NCBI GenBank assembly: GCA_964645535.1
Contig: CAZYCQ010000013.1
Coordinates: forward strand, 1-63,473
Length of the DNA stretch: 63,473 nt
DNA from: an uncultured archaeon
GTDB taxonomy: Archaea; Asgardarchaeota; Heimdallarchaeia; Heimdallarchaeales; Kariarchaeaceae
Direction of reading: 5' to 3'
Made by a program: the position numbers and the translations under genes. This document shows, in pieces, positions 1 through 10,522 of this stretch. Numbering within the stretch: the stretch's first letter is position 1; the number at the start of each line of letters is the position of its first letter. A model generated the notes under the pieces. It was not told the origin of the DNA. It saw nothing but the letters and a program-made list of their open reading frames with translations, and did no database searches.

Positions 1-1
1 T

Positions 2-484
2 TTTGGTATACAGCGGCTTACCGGAGAGCTTGTGACAGATACTGCATTTTCAAGGATGATCTGGGATGCCGTGGATCCAGCCGGGACTCTCTTTGTAACT
101 TGGTTCTATGCCATATTCTGGAAAATAGTTCCTGGAAGAGACAGCTTTTTCTCAGATGTTGGTTCGGATTTGAATTTCTTGATTTTCACTTCCTTTGCTT
201 TGGTTGCAGTGGTCATTCTTTCATTGAAAGTTCCTCGTCTTTACTGCAGATATCTTTGTCCAACTGGTGCACTTCTTGGATATTGTGGAAAGGCTAGTTT
301 GATTACTGTGAAGAGGAACCCTCTTAATTGCAGGGATGGATGCAGGGATTGTGAAAAGGCTTGTCCGATGAATGTTCCCCTTACTGAATTTGGTTTGGAA
401 GGTATCAGTGACAGTTCCTGTATAGGCTGTGGTATTTGTATTGATAAATGTCCAGAGGCTCTTTCATTTGGAATAAGGATATAG
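2..484 (+). CDS. Membrane 4Fe-4S binding protein (polyferredoxin, NapH/YccM-like), 5'-partial
   Basis: CRYLCPTG motif plus CxxxCxxCxxxCP and CxxCxxCxxxCP clusters after hydrophobic helices; frame is open to the window edge. Confidence 0.8.
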   Translation, partial: FGIQRLTGELVTDTAFSRMIWDAVDPAGTLFVTWFYAIFWKIVPGRDSFFSDVGSDLNFLIFTSFALVAVVILSLKVPRLYCRYLCPTGALLGYCGKASLITVKRNPLNCRDGCRDCEKACPMNVPLTEFGLEGISDSSCIGCGICIDKCPEALSFGIRI

Positions 485-595
485 TATTAATCACACGACT
501 TCCAAATAAATTCCAATAAATAACAAAGAGAACTTACCGACAGTTTTAATTAATGTGGCACTGTCAGTAGATTGTAAATCCTTACAGTGATAGCT

Positions 596-904
596 ATGGC
601 AAGAATACCCGACAAGATCAAAGTGTATTGCAGGAAATGCCAGACCCATATCGAGGGCAAGGTCAAGCAGGAAAAGGGTGGCAGAAGATCTGGTGGTCTG
701 AATTGGAGCCACAGGCGACAGAAGCATAGGCGCAGGGGTCACGGAAACCTTGGAAGATATTCGAAGAAGCCGGTTACGCAGACCAAAATGGCCTCAAAGA
801 CCAGCAAGAAAATTGATCTCCGAATTACCTGTCCCGACTGCGGCAAGGTTGCTGTCCTTAACAGGCCTCGTGCCAAGAGATATGAGATTTTCCGTAAGAT
901 CTGA
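596..904 (+). CDS. rpl44e: 50S ribosomal protein L44e
   Basis: IPxKIKVYCRKCQTH...KTSKKIDLRITCPDCGK, basic zinc ribbon; ATG at 596 preferred over GTG 587. Confidence 0.93.
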   Translation: MARIPDKIKVYCRKCQTHIEGKVKQEKGGRRSGGLNWSHRRQKHRRRGHGNLGRYSKKPVTQTKMASKTSKKIDLRITCPDCGKVAVLNRPRAKRYEIFRKI

Positions 905-996
905 ATTCTGGACATTACCGAGTTTCAGCAAGTCAAATTGAACTTCACAGATTGCAATTTCGTTACAAATTTAGCACCCAATAGGTAGCGTTTAAA

Positions 997-1410
997 ATGG
1001 GTGGTTCCAAGGACATCTTGAAGATGTCATCTCAATCGTTGAAACTTAGGGAAGACCTGAAAACCATTTTTAGCGAATACCGGAAGCTTGATCCGAAGAT
1101 CAGGAAGCTTGACACGGCAATCGTCGGGCTCACCGCCCTGTTCACCGTGAATTTTCTTCTCATCACCGTCTCACGGGAGGTGGATTCATTCACCATCAAG
1201 ACAACGCCTGCCAACATGGCTCTGATGGTATTTCCGATCTTTTTGGCCGGGCTGTTGATGTTTGCCAGGATTGATGCATCGAGGGCGATCAAGAAGGGTG
1301 TCAAAAAGGAGGAGAGAGATGCAATTGTGAAGAAGAGCATGCTTGATCTGCGTATCGGCTTTGGCATTCTTGTAGTCCTTCTGCTCTTGGCGATTTTCTT
1401 TCCCTATTGA
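997..1410 (+). CDS. Hypothetical membrane protein (about 3 TM)
   Basis: 137-aa ORF with three hydrophobic segments, no recognised motif. Confidence 0.6.
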   Translation: MGGSKDILKMSSQSLKLREDLKTIFSEYRKLDPKIRKLDTAIVGLTALFTVNFLLITVSREVDSFTIKTTPANMALMVFPIFLAGLLMFARIDASRAIKKGVKKEERDAIVKKSMLDLRIGFGILVVLLLLAIFFPY

Positions 1411-1500
1411 TTTCTTTTTCTGCAATCAAAATTCGTTGATGACCTATCATTCACCTATTTTTGCCAATAACATTTTTTAAGGCCATGTCATGCAATACCT

Positions 1501-3207
1501 TTGATGACGGAAGAAAACATCCCCATGCCTTGGCTTGACACCCTTGAAGGAGTAAGGAGAACGCATCTGGAATATCGGATGGAACCGCCGTTCACCTTTG
1601 TCAAGGAGCGTGCCATGAACGAACCGGATGATATCGCGATCATTCCCTTCAAGGGCAATCCGATCAGTTATGCGGAACTTCTTGATGGCATCAAGCGGAT
1701 GCATGTGGCATTGAGGAATCTTGGAGTCAAGAAAGGCGACAGGGTGGCGATCATGTTGCCGAACATTCCGCAATATATCATTGCACACTATGCCATACTT
1801 TCATTGGGCGGCATCGTGGTGCAGACAAACCCGCTTTATACGGAAAGGGAGCTCACCCATCAGATGAATGATTCGGGTGCTACCGTGATGATCACGTTCA
1901 GCCAGTTGCAGGACAAGGCGAACAAGGTGATGGAGACGACCCCGATTGAGAAGGTGATTGTGACCAATCTTGGCGATTACATGAAGCCTTTGGTGGTCTT
2001 TCTCGGCAAGTTGCTGAAGAAACTGGATGATCCCAAATTCAGGCCGTATCCGAACAATTATCTCTGGAAGGATCTGATGGCTTCGGCAGACCCTTCGAAA
2101 TTCGAGGAAGCTGAAATCAATGTGGAAGAGGATGTTGCAATTCTGCAATATACCGGTGGTACCACGGGTGTATCCAAGGGAGCCATGCTGACGCATGCCA
2201 ACGTCTCGATCAATGCCCAACAGGCTCGTGAAATCTTCAACACTGTCAGGGACAAGGAAGGTAGCCTTTTGACCGTTCTTCCCATGTTCCATAGCTTCGG
2301 TCTGACGGCCTGCATGAACATGTCCTTCCAATTGGGGGTGCCGGTGGTGCTTATGCCGCGTTTTGATGCAAAAGAGGCTCTGAAGCTGATTGAGAAACAT
2401 CGGATCACGTTTTTCCCGGCAGTTCCCGCTATGCTTGTGGCTCTGCTGAATGATCCCACCATCAAGAATGTCGATCTCTCATCTCTTCGGGCAGTGATCT
2501 CTGGCGGTGCTCCCCTGCCTGTGGAAGTGGCAAGGCAGTTTGAGCAGGCGACGGATGCGGATCTGGTTGAGGGTTATGGGCTTTCAGAGACATCTCCGGT
2601 TGCATTCGCCAATCCTGTTGGATCCGAGAAGATCAAGCCGAAAATCGGGAGCATTGGTCTTCCTGCACCGGACACCTTGGCCAAGATTGTGGATACGGAA
2701 GACTACAACAAGATTCTTCCGATAGGGGAGGTTGGCGAGATCTGCCTGAAGGGTCCACAGGTCATGAAGGGCTATTGGAACCGGCCAGAGGAAACGGCAA
2801 AGACCCTGATCGACGGGTGGCTCAGAACCGGGGACATTGCCAAGCTGGATGAAGAGGGTTTTGCCTACATCGTGGACAGGAAGAAGGATCTGATCATCGT
2901 TTCCGGTTACAATGTGGTTCCCCGTGAGGTTGAGGAGGTTCTCTATGAATATCCCAAGATCAAGGAGGCTGCCGTGGCTGGTCTGAGCCATCCCAAGAAG
3001 GGTGAAATGGTTGCTGCCTGGGTGGTTTTGAAAGAAGGTGAAAGTGCCACCAAGGAGGAGATCCTGGACTTCCTCAAGAAAAATCTTGCACCCTACAAGC
3101 TTCCGAAGGAGATCTTCTTCAAGGACGACCTTCCCAAATCGATGATTGGCAAGGTATTGCGGAGGAAGCTCCGGGAGGAGTACGAGGAAATGGCCAAATC
3201 AAGTTAA
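1501..3207 (+). CDS. fadD: Long-chain fatty acid-CoA ligase
   Basis: AMP-binding motifs QYTGGTTGVSKG, EGYGLSET, WLRTGD, DRKKD, PKSMIGKVLRR. Confidence 0.93.
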   Translation: MMTEENIPMPWLDTLEGVRRTHLEYRMEPPFTFVKERAMNEPDDIAIIPFKGNPISYAELLDGIKRMHVALRNLGVKKGDRVAIMLPNIPQYIIAHYAILSLGGIVVQTNPLYTERELTHQMNDSGATVMITFSQLQDKANKVMETTPIEKVIVTNLGDYMKPLVVFLGKLLKKLDDPKFRPYPNNYLWKDLMASADPSKFEEAEINVEEDVAILQYTGGTTGVSKGAMLTHANVSINAQQAREIFNTVRDKEGSLLTVLPMFHSFGLTACMNMSFQLGVPVVLMPRFDAKEALKLIEKHRITFFPAVPAMLVALLNDPTIKNVDLSSLRAVISGGAPLPVEVARQFEQATDADLVEGYGLSETSPVAFANPVGSEKIKPKIGSIGLPAPDTLAKIVDTEDYNKILPIGEVGEICLKGPQVMKGYWNRPEETAKTLIDGWLRTGDIAKLDEEGFAYIVDRKKDLIIVSGYNVVPREVEEVLYEYPKIKEAAVAGLSHPKKGEMVAAWVVLKEGESATKEEILDFLKKNLAPYKLPKEIFFKDDLPKSMIGKVLRRKLREEYEEMAKSS

Positions 3208-3256
3208 AGAATTCCTTAAATAGTTTCACTGATATAGTTTATTCGTGAGTTGAGGA

Positions 3257-4660
3257 TTGAACACCGAGGAGCTTTTTTATCTTTTGAAGGAACAGATTCC
3301 GGATCTGATACTGGAGGGGAACATGAGGGAAGCCACGGCAAAGATAGAAAGATTGGAGGGTACGGACACCAAATATCTTCAGGACTTAGCGACAATTTTG
3401 AAGGCCTATCTGCATTTTAGGATTGGAAAGTTCAAGATTGCGGAGGATTTGCTTGCTCCGCTTGACCTTAGGGCTTGGTTGGAAAGCGGAACCGAGATTC
3501 ATGCCATTCTATATGCAATGTGGATGGATGTCGGTGGTTTGATTCGTATCAAGACCAATAGAATCGATGAGGGGAAGGAATTTTTCCTCAACGGTATCCA
3601 GTTGCTTGAGGAACGTTCGATCCGTTGCCTTGAGCTTGGCAATCTCTACAACGATCTATTTGCGGCAGTTTTTGCGGAGGGAGATCTCAAAAAGTCCTTT
3701 GAATTACTTAAGAAAGCGGAGGAAATCTATATTGAATTTAACAATACTCGGCGTATGGGGCATGTGTTTGCCAACATCTCTACGGTTGAGGTTGCTCGGC
3801 AGCGATTGGAGGTTGCCAAGATGTATTCCCTGAAGGCCGAAAAGATATTCGAAGAAACGAAATCATTTCAGGATCTTGCCTACATCTACCGTAATCTTGG
3901 TAGAATTGCGTTATATGAGAACAAGGTGGATGATGCATTTGATTTTCATCGGAAGTCACTTGAAATCCGAAGGGTTCTCGGTAATCCGAGGGAGATCAGT
4001 GAGAGTCTCTTCTATTTGATTCATGCCATGGTCATTTTTGGAAAGACGAATAATGATGAGTACAGGGCTTACATGGATGAACTTACAAAGATTGTCAATG
4101 ATACCGACATCGAATTCATTCATGTTGTCTGGAATTTGGCAAAAGGGCTTGAATTGAAGAAATCGAAATCGCTGAAAGACAAATTCGGTTCCGCGGCGTA
4201 TTTCCGTAAAGTCATCGAATCTCCATACCAGAACATAGAATTCAATACCATTGCGTATTCAAACCTTCTTGAGCTGGATCTTCTGGAATTGCGTGCGTTG
4301 CCTGACAATCAGCTCTTGATTGAGGAGATCAAATTCTTTTTTGACCGGCTGGCTGAACTCAACCGGACCAGGGAGATCAAGGAACTGCAGGTTCTTCTTG
4401 CCATTATGAGATCTCGTATGGCGCTTTTGTCAAACGATTTGAGTGGTGCCTACACCCTCCTGCAAAATGCGAAGAAAGAGGTGGGCGTGGAGATGGACTA
4501 TCTCAGTGCCCTTCTGAATGAGGAGATGAAAAAGATGAATGCTACGCTTCTTTCATGGCAGGAAAGCATCAATTCCAGTAAGGAGGTTTTCCAAAGGCTG
4601 AATCACGAGGAATTGCTCAACTATTTGCGAATTGCCGCAGATGTGACAAAATCATTGTAG
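3257..4660 (+). CDS. Tetratricopeptide repeat protein
   Basis: Repeated TPR-like helices (LGNLYN, AYIYRNLGRI, AFDFHRKSLEIRRVLGN). Confidence 0.8.
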   Translation: MNTEELFYLLKEQIPDLILEGNMREATAKIERLEGTDTKYLQDLATILKAYLHFRIGKFKIAEDLLAPLDLRAWLESGTEIHAILYAMWMDVGGLIRIKTNRIDEGKEFFLNGIQLLEERSIRCLELGNLYNDLFAAVFAEGDLKKSFELLKKAEEIYIEFNNTRRMGHVFANISTVEVARQRLEVAKMYSLKAEKIFEETKSFQDLAYIYRNLGRIALYENKVDDAFDFHRKSLEIRRVLGNPREISESLFYLIHAMVIFGKTNNDEYRAYMDELTKIVNDTDIEFIHVVWNLAKGLELKKSKSLKDKFGSAAYFRKVIESPYQNIEFNTIAYSNLLELDLLELRALPDNQLLIEEIKFFFDRLAELNRTREIKELQVLLAIMRSRMALLSNDLSGAYTLLQNAKKEVGVEMDYLSALLNEEMKKMNATLLSWQESINSSKEVFQRLNHEELLNYLRIAADVTKSL

Positions 4661-4699
4661 TTTCCGAATCCTTCTTATGCGCGGCGATCTCTGAAACAT

Positions 4700-5578
4700 A
4701 TGGACTATCTGCGAGGATTTCTTTTGCTACTCGTAGTGAATGCAACCTATTTTGTTCTCACGGACTCGGCATCCTTGCATGGGATGCAGTTGATTCCTTT
4801 CCAGATTTGGGTTGCAATTCTGCTAGGTGCCATTATCGTTTTTTCATACGACATTCTGGGGGGTAGGACAGATCCTTTGTCAACCATCTTCAGATTTGTC
4901 ATCTGGCTTTCTCTTTTCATAGGTGTGTTGCTGGTGCTTTTCCCATCGGGTTCAACGCTTAGTCCGGTTGTTCTTTGGACATTGCTTCTTCTGAATGTCT
5001 GTTGTATCGGCATGTACGGATACTTCGTTTATGGATCTGATTTTTCCCAAGGTAGCAAGATTGGATGGTTTGCCTATCTTGTTTTTCTTTTTTCTTTTTC
5101 CATTCTAACAGTCTCTGCCCTATTGAAATTGGGAGAGGCAATTGTCTTGGCTCTGTTTGTTGTGGGAGAGCTGGCCTTTCTTGGCGGTGTCTCCGTAATG
5201 ATTCGGGACATGAAACCAAAACATTTGATTTTGTTGGCTTTGACGGCATTGGGTGCTGGAGGATTTGGATGGGGTGCATCAAAAAGTGATGTGATGTTTC
5301 TTGTTTCAAATCTGATAATTACACGGACTGTTGGATCTCTTTCACTTGAAGGGGTTGTTGGCGGCACTTTCCTCTATTTTCTCATGCTAATTCAATTCTC
5401 CGTTGTTTTTGTGTTGTTACTTTTGAAGAAACGATATGATCTTGTTGCTTTGGGTCTTACAGGAGTTACCTTCACATTTCCCCCGCTTCTTGCGATCCGG
5501 TCGGTGCTTCTTCTTCATTTCATGCAGGGACAAGCACAGGGAGGTTCTGACCCTCAACTTCCTCAAATGACATCTTGA
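4700..5578 (+). CDS. Hypothetical polytopic membrane protein
   Basis: 292 aa, almost entirely hydrophobic helices. Confidence 0.65.
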   Translation: MDYLRGFLLLLVVNATYFVLTDSASLHGMQLIPFQIWVAILLGAIIVFSYDILGGRTDPLSTIFRFVIWLSLFIGVLLVLFPSGSTLSPVVLWTLLLLNVCCIGMYGYFVYGSDFSQGSKIGWFAYLVFLFSFSILTVSALLKLGEAIVLALFVVGELAFLGGVSVMIRDMKPKHLILLALTALGAGGFGWGASKSDVMFLVSNLIITRTVGSLSLEGVVGGTFLYFLMLIQFSVVFVLLLLKKRYDLVALGLTGVTFTFPPLLAIRSVLLLHFMQGQAQGGSDPQLPQMTS

Positions 5579-5933
5579 CCCTCTGACCAATTTCCGGAAC
5601 TCCCTCTCCTGTATATCGAACCAAGATGGGTTTTTCCAATACATCCATACGTACCATCACTAGATAGTATGGTTCCGAGAACCCTTCTGGTGGAATTTCA
5701 ACGAATGTGAATGTTTCCACAGTTCCTGTCTGTGGAAGGTCAATCCATTCGATTTTTGTTGAATAGCATTTTGGACAGAGGATTCTTGGTGGAAAATGCA
5801 GTTCTTGGCATGCCTCATTCATGCATTTGGTGGATCTGAATTTTCCTTCGTTCATTCCTTCCCAAAACGGGAGGATCTTTTCTGCCTTTTCGATGAAATA
5901 GGGGAATTGTTCCAACGTTGTCATGTTTTTCAT
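5520..5933 (-). CDS. Zn-ribbon/OB-fold protein (DUF35, ChsH2-like), thiolase partner
   Basis: PFWEG...CxxxxC..HFPPR..CPKC, GTVETFT; overlaps the thiolase stop by 4 bp. Confidence 0.9.
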   Translation of the reverse strand: MKNMTTLEQFPYFIEKAEKILPFWEGMNEGKFRSTKCMNEACQELHFPPRILCPKCYSTKIEWIDLPQTGTVETFTFVEIPPEGFSEPYYLVMVRMDVLEKPILVRYTGEGVPEIGQRVKMSFEEVEGQNLPVLVPA

Positions 5934-7108
5934 GCCTCGTTTGAAAGAATATGAACCACATGATGGGTTGCGAATCCTGCAAGGTTATGGGTGAGTCCGA
6001 TTTTGGCATCCTTCACCTGCCTCTTTCCTGCAGTTCCCCGGAGTTGGCTGGTGATTTCTGCGATCTGTGCAACTCCTGTAGCTCCGATGGGATGCCCTTT
6101 GGCTTTCAATCCTCCTGACGGATTGACGGGGAGGCTGCCGTCAAGTCTGCTTTCCCCATTCTCGATGAATTTGCCTCCTTGTCCTTTTTCGACGAAACCA
6201 AGGTCTTCATACTCAATGATTTCTGCGATGGTGAAGCAATCGTGTGTTTCTGCCACATCAATGTCCTTGGGTTCTACTCCCGCCATATTGTAGGCATCTT
6301 TTGCGGCTCGTTTCAAGGCATTCCACTCAACAATTGATGGCATATTCGAAATGCCTAGGGAGGGTTCAATTGATTGGCCGGCGCCCTTTATCCAGATGGG
6401 TTGATCGGTGAATTTCTTGGCAAGATCACCTCTTGTCAAAACTACTGCGGCTCCTCCATCAGTTATTGGTGAACAATCAAACAGGTTGAGTGGATCTGAG
6501 ACCATTCTGGCATTCATTGCCTTTTCCAGAGTGATTTCACCCATGGAATGAAACTGTGCCTTTTCGTTCTTGGCAGCATTTGAATGGTTTTTGACTGCCA
6601 CTAGGGAAAGTTGTTCACGTGTTGTTCCGTATTTCATCATATGCTCTCGTGCGGCGAGGGCAAATCCCGAATAGGCGGTGATGCCATTGATGGATTCATA
6701 TTCCACATCGGGAACGATACATAATCCTTTGTTTGCCATCTTTGGATTATGGGTCATTTTTTCCAGTCCTACAACTATTGCGGTGTCAATCATTCCTGAC
6801 TTGATGGCAGCCCATGCATTCCTGATGGCTGTGGAACCGGAACTGCATGCCATCTCTATTCTTGCAACTATCTTGGGTGTAACTCCCAATTCCTGAGCCG
6901 CAAGATTGCCTACATGTGCCTGATCCACGGTCAGCTCAGGCATGGATGCTGAAACGTATAATCCCTGAAGATCCTGTGGGTAGACTTCATCCATTGTGCT
7001 GAAGGCTTCTGCCGCAGCCTCTGCAAGAAGTTCTCGATAGGTCACATCATGTCGTTTTCCGAATTTCGTGACCCCTGCCCCGACAATTGCTACATCTGTC
7101 GTCATCAC
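5930..7108 (-). CDS. Thiolase (SCP2-type acetyl-CoA C-acyltransferase family)
   Basis: EMACSSGS, DCSPITDGGAA, ETHDCFT, GHPIGATG motifs. Confidence 0.92.
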   Translation of the reverse strand: MMTTDVAIVGAGVTKFGKRHDVTYRELLAEAAAEAFSTMDEVYPQDLQGLYVSASMPELTVDQAHVGNLAAQELGVTPKIVARIEMACSSGSTAIRNAWAAIKSGMIDTAIVVGLEKMTHNPKMANKGLCIVPDVEYESINGITAYSGFALAAREHMMKYGTTREQLSLVAVKNHSNAAKNEKAQFHSMGEITLEKAMNARMVSDPLNLFDCSPITDGGAAVVLTRGDLAKKFTDQPIWIKGAGQSIEPSLGISNMPSIVEWNALKRAAKDAYNMAGVEPKDIDVAETHDCFTIAEIIEYEDLGFVEKGQGGKFIENGESRLDGSLPVNPSGGLKAKGHPIGATGVAQIAEITSQLRGTAGKRQVKDAKIGLTHNLAGFATHHVVHILSNEA

Positions 7109-7168
7109 TATTGCATTCAGTTGGTGAAATTAAAAGGGTAGGTTCCAAGAAAGGAATTGGTGCGAAGT

Positions 7169-9490
7169 TTATACAAAGAGGATGATTTCCTCAAATTTCT
7201 GAAGAGCTGGACAAAGCCGATGCCTGACGCTGTGGCTTGCAGTCAGAATCGGTTCAAGATCGATCTGCAAATGGAACAATGAGGTGGATGCGAGTGGAGT
7301 CAGATCGAGGTGATCAAACTTGTTTTCAGCCAAGTCAAGGGTTTCTATATGCAGTCCTTCCAAGGGAGAAAGATCAAGTGTCTCCAAGAGATTTCCTCTA
7401 AGAGTGAGAAATTTGAGATTCTGATGCTGGCTCAGCGGGCTTAGGTCGATTTTCCTCAAGAAATTGTCATTAAGGGAAAGTGTCTCAAGGTTGACCAAAT
7501 TGATCAGGGGGGAAAGGTCGATGTCGGTAAGCAGATTTTCTTGCAGGTGCAGGGCAGTCATGAAGATGCAGTTTCCCAATGGGGAAAGATCCAATTTCTC
7601 CAAGCGGTTCTTGCCCAAATAAAGTGCCTTGAAATTCTTCAGGTCTTGAAGTGGAGTCAGATCGATGAAACGCAACCTGTTTCCATGCAGGGAGAGTACC
7701 TCAAGGTTTTCACAGGATGAAAGGCTGGAAAGATCCACATTTTCCAAATGATTGTCCTCAAGAATGAGTTCCTTGAGGTTTTTTGTTTCCTGAAGCGGTT
7801 CCAAGTCAATCTCCTTGAGGAAATTGTCACTCAAGAAGAAATATTCAATTGACGTGAGATCTCGTAGAGACGTAAGGTCGATGGAACTCAGAAGATTCCC
7901 TGAAAGTGATAGAACCCGGATCTTGGGAAATCGGACGAAAGTTGTGAGGTTAACGTCTGAAATCAGATTGTTGCTGAGGTAGAATTCCTGTAACTCAACT
8001 GTATGCATGGTGTCAGGTATGATTATTTCCTCGATTCTGTTTTTTGAAAAATCTATTACCGTAAGGAATTCCAATTCACACAATGGCTCCAGATCAATGG
8101 ACTTAAGCAAATTTTCTGAGCAAATAATTTTTTCAAGAGTGATAAGGTCTCTTAATGGTTCCAGGTCAATGTAAGACAGATTGTTTGAACGAAGGTTCAA
8201 CCACCGGAGTGATGTAAATCTCAACGGTTCCAAGTCTAGGGAGAATAACTCATTTTCATAGAGGTAGAGTTCCTCAAGGTTCTCACAATCCTCAAGAGGG
8301 GATAGATCCAAAGTAGTGAGGGAATTGTTGTTCAATGCCAATACCTTGAGATTTTCCTTTCCTTCTAGAGGTGTGAGATCCAAAGATTCCAACTTATTGT
8401 TTGAAAGGTACAGGGTAGATATGCTGAAGGAATTTTTCAAGGGGGACAAATCCACTTTTTTGAGCTGGTTGTCATGAAGGTAAAGGGAATCGATGTCCAT
8501 GTTCTCCAATCCTTCGAGATTGACGGTCGTCAGTTTGTTTCCATAGGCTGAAATCTTCTTCAATCCATGGCTTTTCCTCAAGGGGGAGAGGTCAAGCTCC
8601 TCTAGTTGATTTCTGTAGAGGTAAAGCTCCTCTAGGCCTTCAACATCCTGCAAAGGGGATAGGTCTATTCTGGTGATTTCCGTATCATAAACGGCAAGCA
8701 GTTTCAATCCTGTAGCCTGAGCCAAAAAGGACAAGTCAATTTCCCCTAAAGGATTTCCTCCAAGCCACACTTTCTGCAAGTTTTTGCATTCCTTAAGTGG
8801 GGAAAGATCCAGTTTCTCTATTTTGTTCTCTGAAACGCTGATCGTTTCCAATTTCGATAGTTCTTTCAAAGGTTTCAGATCTACGGTTGTAATCAGGTTA
8901 TTACCAAGGTTAAGATACCGAAGATTTTCACATGCCTTCAATGGCTCCAAGTCAATATTGAGTATCTGATTGGAATTCAACCCCAGCAGCTCAAGGTTTT
9001 TTAGATCCCTGAATGGTTTCAAATTGACAGAAAAAAGAAAATTGTGGGCGATTACAAATATTCTGAGGTTAGGGAATTTTCGAAGGATATTGACATTGAA
9101 GTGGGAGATCTCATTCCAATCCACCCAAAGCTCTTCTAGTGTTGAAGATGTGTAGCTTGATGGGAAATGGAGCTCATTCAACTTGTTTCTGGAAAGAACC
9201 AACTTTTTCAAGTGATGGAGTTTTTCGATGCCATTGAAATCCAAATCCGCCAGATCGTTCCAGTCCAGCCAAATTATCTCTAAGAGAGGTGCTAAAGCGA
9301 GGTCTGTAAATGACATTGTCTTGAACTTGTTTTTCGACAGCTTCAGAAATTTCAGGTTGGTCATTTCCTGCAACTTTGAAAAAGAGAGGTCTATAAGATC
9401 CAACTCACTCAGATCTAGGGCTTCCGCTTGATCATCAACCTCAAACATGATCCCTTGACCGGATTCCGTGGTTCCTACAAAAGAAACCAT
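7169..9490 (-). CDS. Leucine-rich repeat protein (roughly 33 repeats of 22 aa)
   Basis: Tandem LxxLxLxxNxLxxLDLxPL repeats over nearly the whole 773 aa; no signal peptide. Confidence 0.93.
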   Translation of the reverse strand: MVSFVGTTESGQGIMFEVDDQAEALDLSELDLIDLSFSKLQEMTNLKFLKLSKNKFKTMSFTDLALAPLLEIIWLDWNDLADLDFNGIEKLHHLKKLVLSRNKLNELHFPSSYTSSTLEELWVDWNEISHFNVNILRKFPNLRIFVIAHNFLFSVNLKPFRDLKNLELLGLNSNQILNIDLEPLKACENLRYLNLGNNLITTVDLKPLKELSKLETISVSENKIEKLDLSPLKECKNLQKVWLGGNPLGEIDLSFLAQATGLKLLAVYDTEITRIDLSPLQDVEGLEELYLYRNQLEELDLSPLRKSHGLKKISAYGNKLTTVNLEGLENMDIDSLYLHDNQLKKVDLSPLKNSFSISTLYLSNNKLESLDLTPLEGKENLKVLALNNNSLTTLDLSPLEDCENLEELYLYENELFSLDLEPLRFTSLRWLNLRSNNLSYIDLEPLRDLITLEKIICSENLLKSIDLEPLCELEFLTVIDFSKNRIEEIIIPDTMHTVELQEFYLSNNLISDVNLTTFVRFPKIRVLSLSGNLLSSIDLTSLRDLTSIEYFFLSDNFLKEIDLEPLQETKNLKELILEDNHLENVDLSSLSSCENLEVLSLHGNRLRFIDLTPLQDLKNFKALYLGKNRLEKLDLSPLGNCIFMTALHLQENLLTDIDLSPLINLVNLETLSLNDNFLRKIDLSPLSQHQNLKFLTLRGNLLETLDLSPLEGLHIETLDLAENKFDHLDLTPLASTSLFHLQIDLEPILTASHSVRHRLCPALQKFEEIILFV

Positions 9491-9536
9491 AACTTCCCTA
9501 GGAGTCTATGCACTCTTAAGGATTCATTTCAAACAA

Positions 9537-10460
9537 TTATGAATAGAGGTCAAATTCCTCATGGATTTTTCTGAGGAACAAGGGTGCCTGATATGTGGCA
9601 AGGACATGTATTGCCAAACCAGGGACTGGATCAAAGCGTTTCATGAATTCATCGAAAAAAGACAGACTTACTGCATCGGGGATGGCGTACAAATCATGCA
9701 GAATATCCGCGGTCAATTGATCATAGATGGGAAATTGATAGTTTCTTGCACAGAAGGTCATCAACGCTCTTGCTACAAAATTTCCGATACCGGAGATGTA
9801 CTTGAGTTTTGAGAATCCACGTTCTGGGACAGGGTAGTATGTATAGATCTCTGCTTCCTCAATCTTTTGGATTGAGTTCATGAAATTACTGACTCCCCCT
9901 TTGACCCGCAATTTCTTCCAATCCTCCTTGGTCATGGAGAGGAGGTAATCCCTGGATGGAAATTCAAACCTTTTTGAATTCCAACTCAAGGGTGTTCCGT
10001 GTGTTTCAATGAACCTCTTCATTGCGAGATGGTTTTCAGGAACAGCCATGAATTTCGAGAAAACTATGTAGAGAAAGGCCTCATCAAAAGAAGAATTGGC
10101 AAACAACCTGAATCCCACACTGCTGAAAAGTGCTTTCTTGAAGGTGGAATCCCTTGCAGCAAGTACTTTCAATTCTCTTAACCTTTCATCAGTCCCGAGT
10201 TCAAGCTTCAGTCGTTGTCCAATCTCATCTTTTTCTTTTGCGGATAGGGGATTTTCCGAGTAGGTTTTGACTTTTAATTGTCTAGATGGCTTGATTGGTT
10301 GTTCAACCACTACATGAACTGGGTTTCCTGTATGGAGGGTAAAGACCCGATCCCACCTTTCAGAACCTATGGGGGTCAATGAAAAGCAATAAGGCTTGAA
10401 AATCGAAATATCAATAGGAATGGTTGTTTCAAGTTCCATTTCTTCGGTACTGATGCTCAT
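9537..10460 (-). CDS. HhH-GPD DNA glycosylase-like protein (AlkA/Ogg1 family)
   Basis: HhH motif LKYISGIGNFVA followed by FPIYD; FEFPS motif. Confidence 0.7.
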   Translation of the reverse strand: MSISTEEMELETTIPIDISIFKPYCFSLTPIGSERWDRVFTLHTGNPVHVVVEQPIKPSRQLKVKTYSENPLSAKEKDEIGQRLKLELGTDERLRELKVLAARDSTFKKALFSSVGFRLFANSSFDEAFLYIVFSKFMAVPENHLAMKRFIETHGTPLSWNSKRFEFPSRDYLLSMTKEDWKKLRVKGGVSNFMNSIQKIEEAEIYTYYPVPERGFSKLKYISGIGNFVARALMTFCARNYQFPIYDQLTADILHDLYAIPDAVSLSFFDEFMKRFDPVPGLAIHVLATYQAPLFLRKIHEEFDLYS

Positions 10461-10522
10461 TGTTTCTAAGATCGAACTTGTTGAATCTCATTTGAAGGTT
10501 ATGGTTTTAATGTAAGTTGCTT

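Noticed and set aside
7169-9490. 66-bp periodicity as a possible DNA repeat array or CRISPR
   Set aside because: Repeats are degenerate at DNA level and explained by protein LRRs; no identical repeats with unique spacers anywhere in the window
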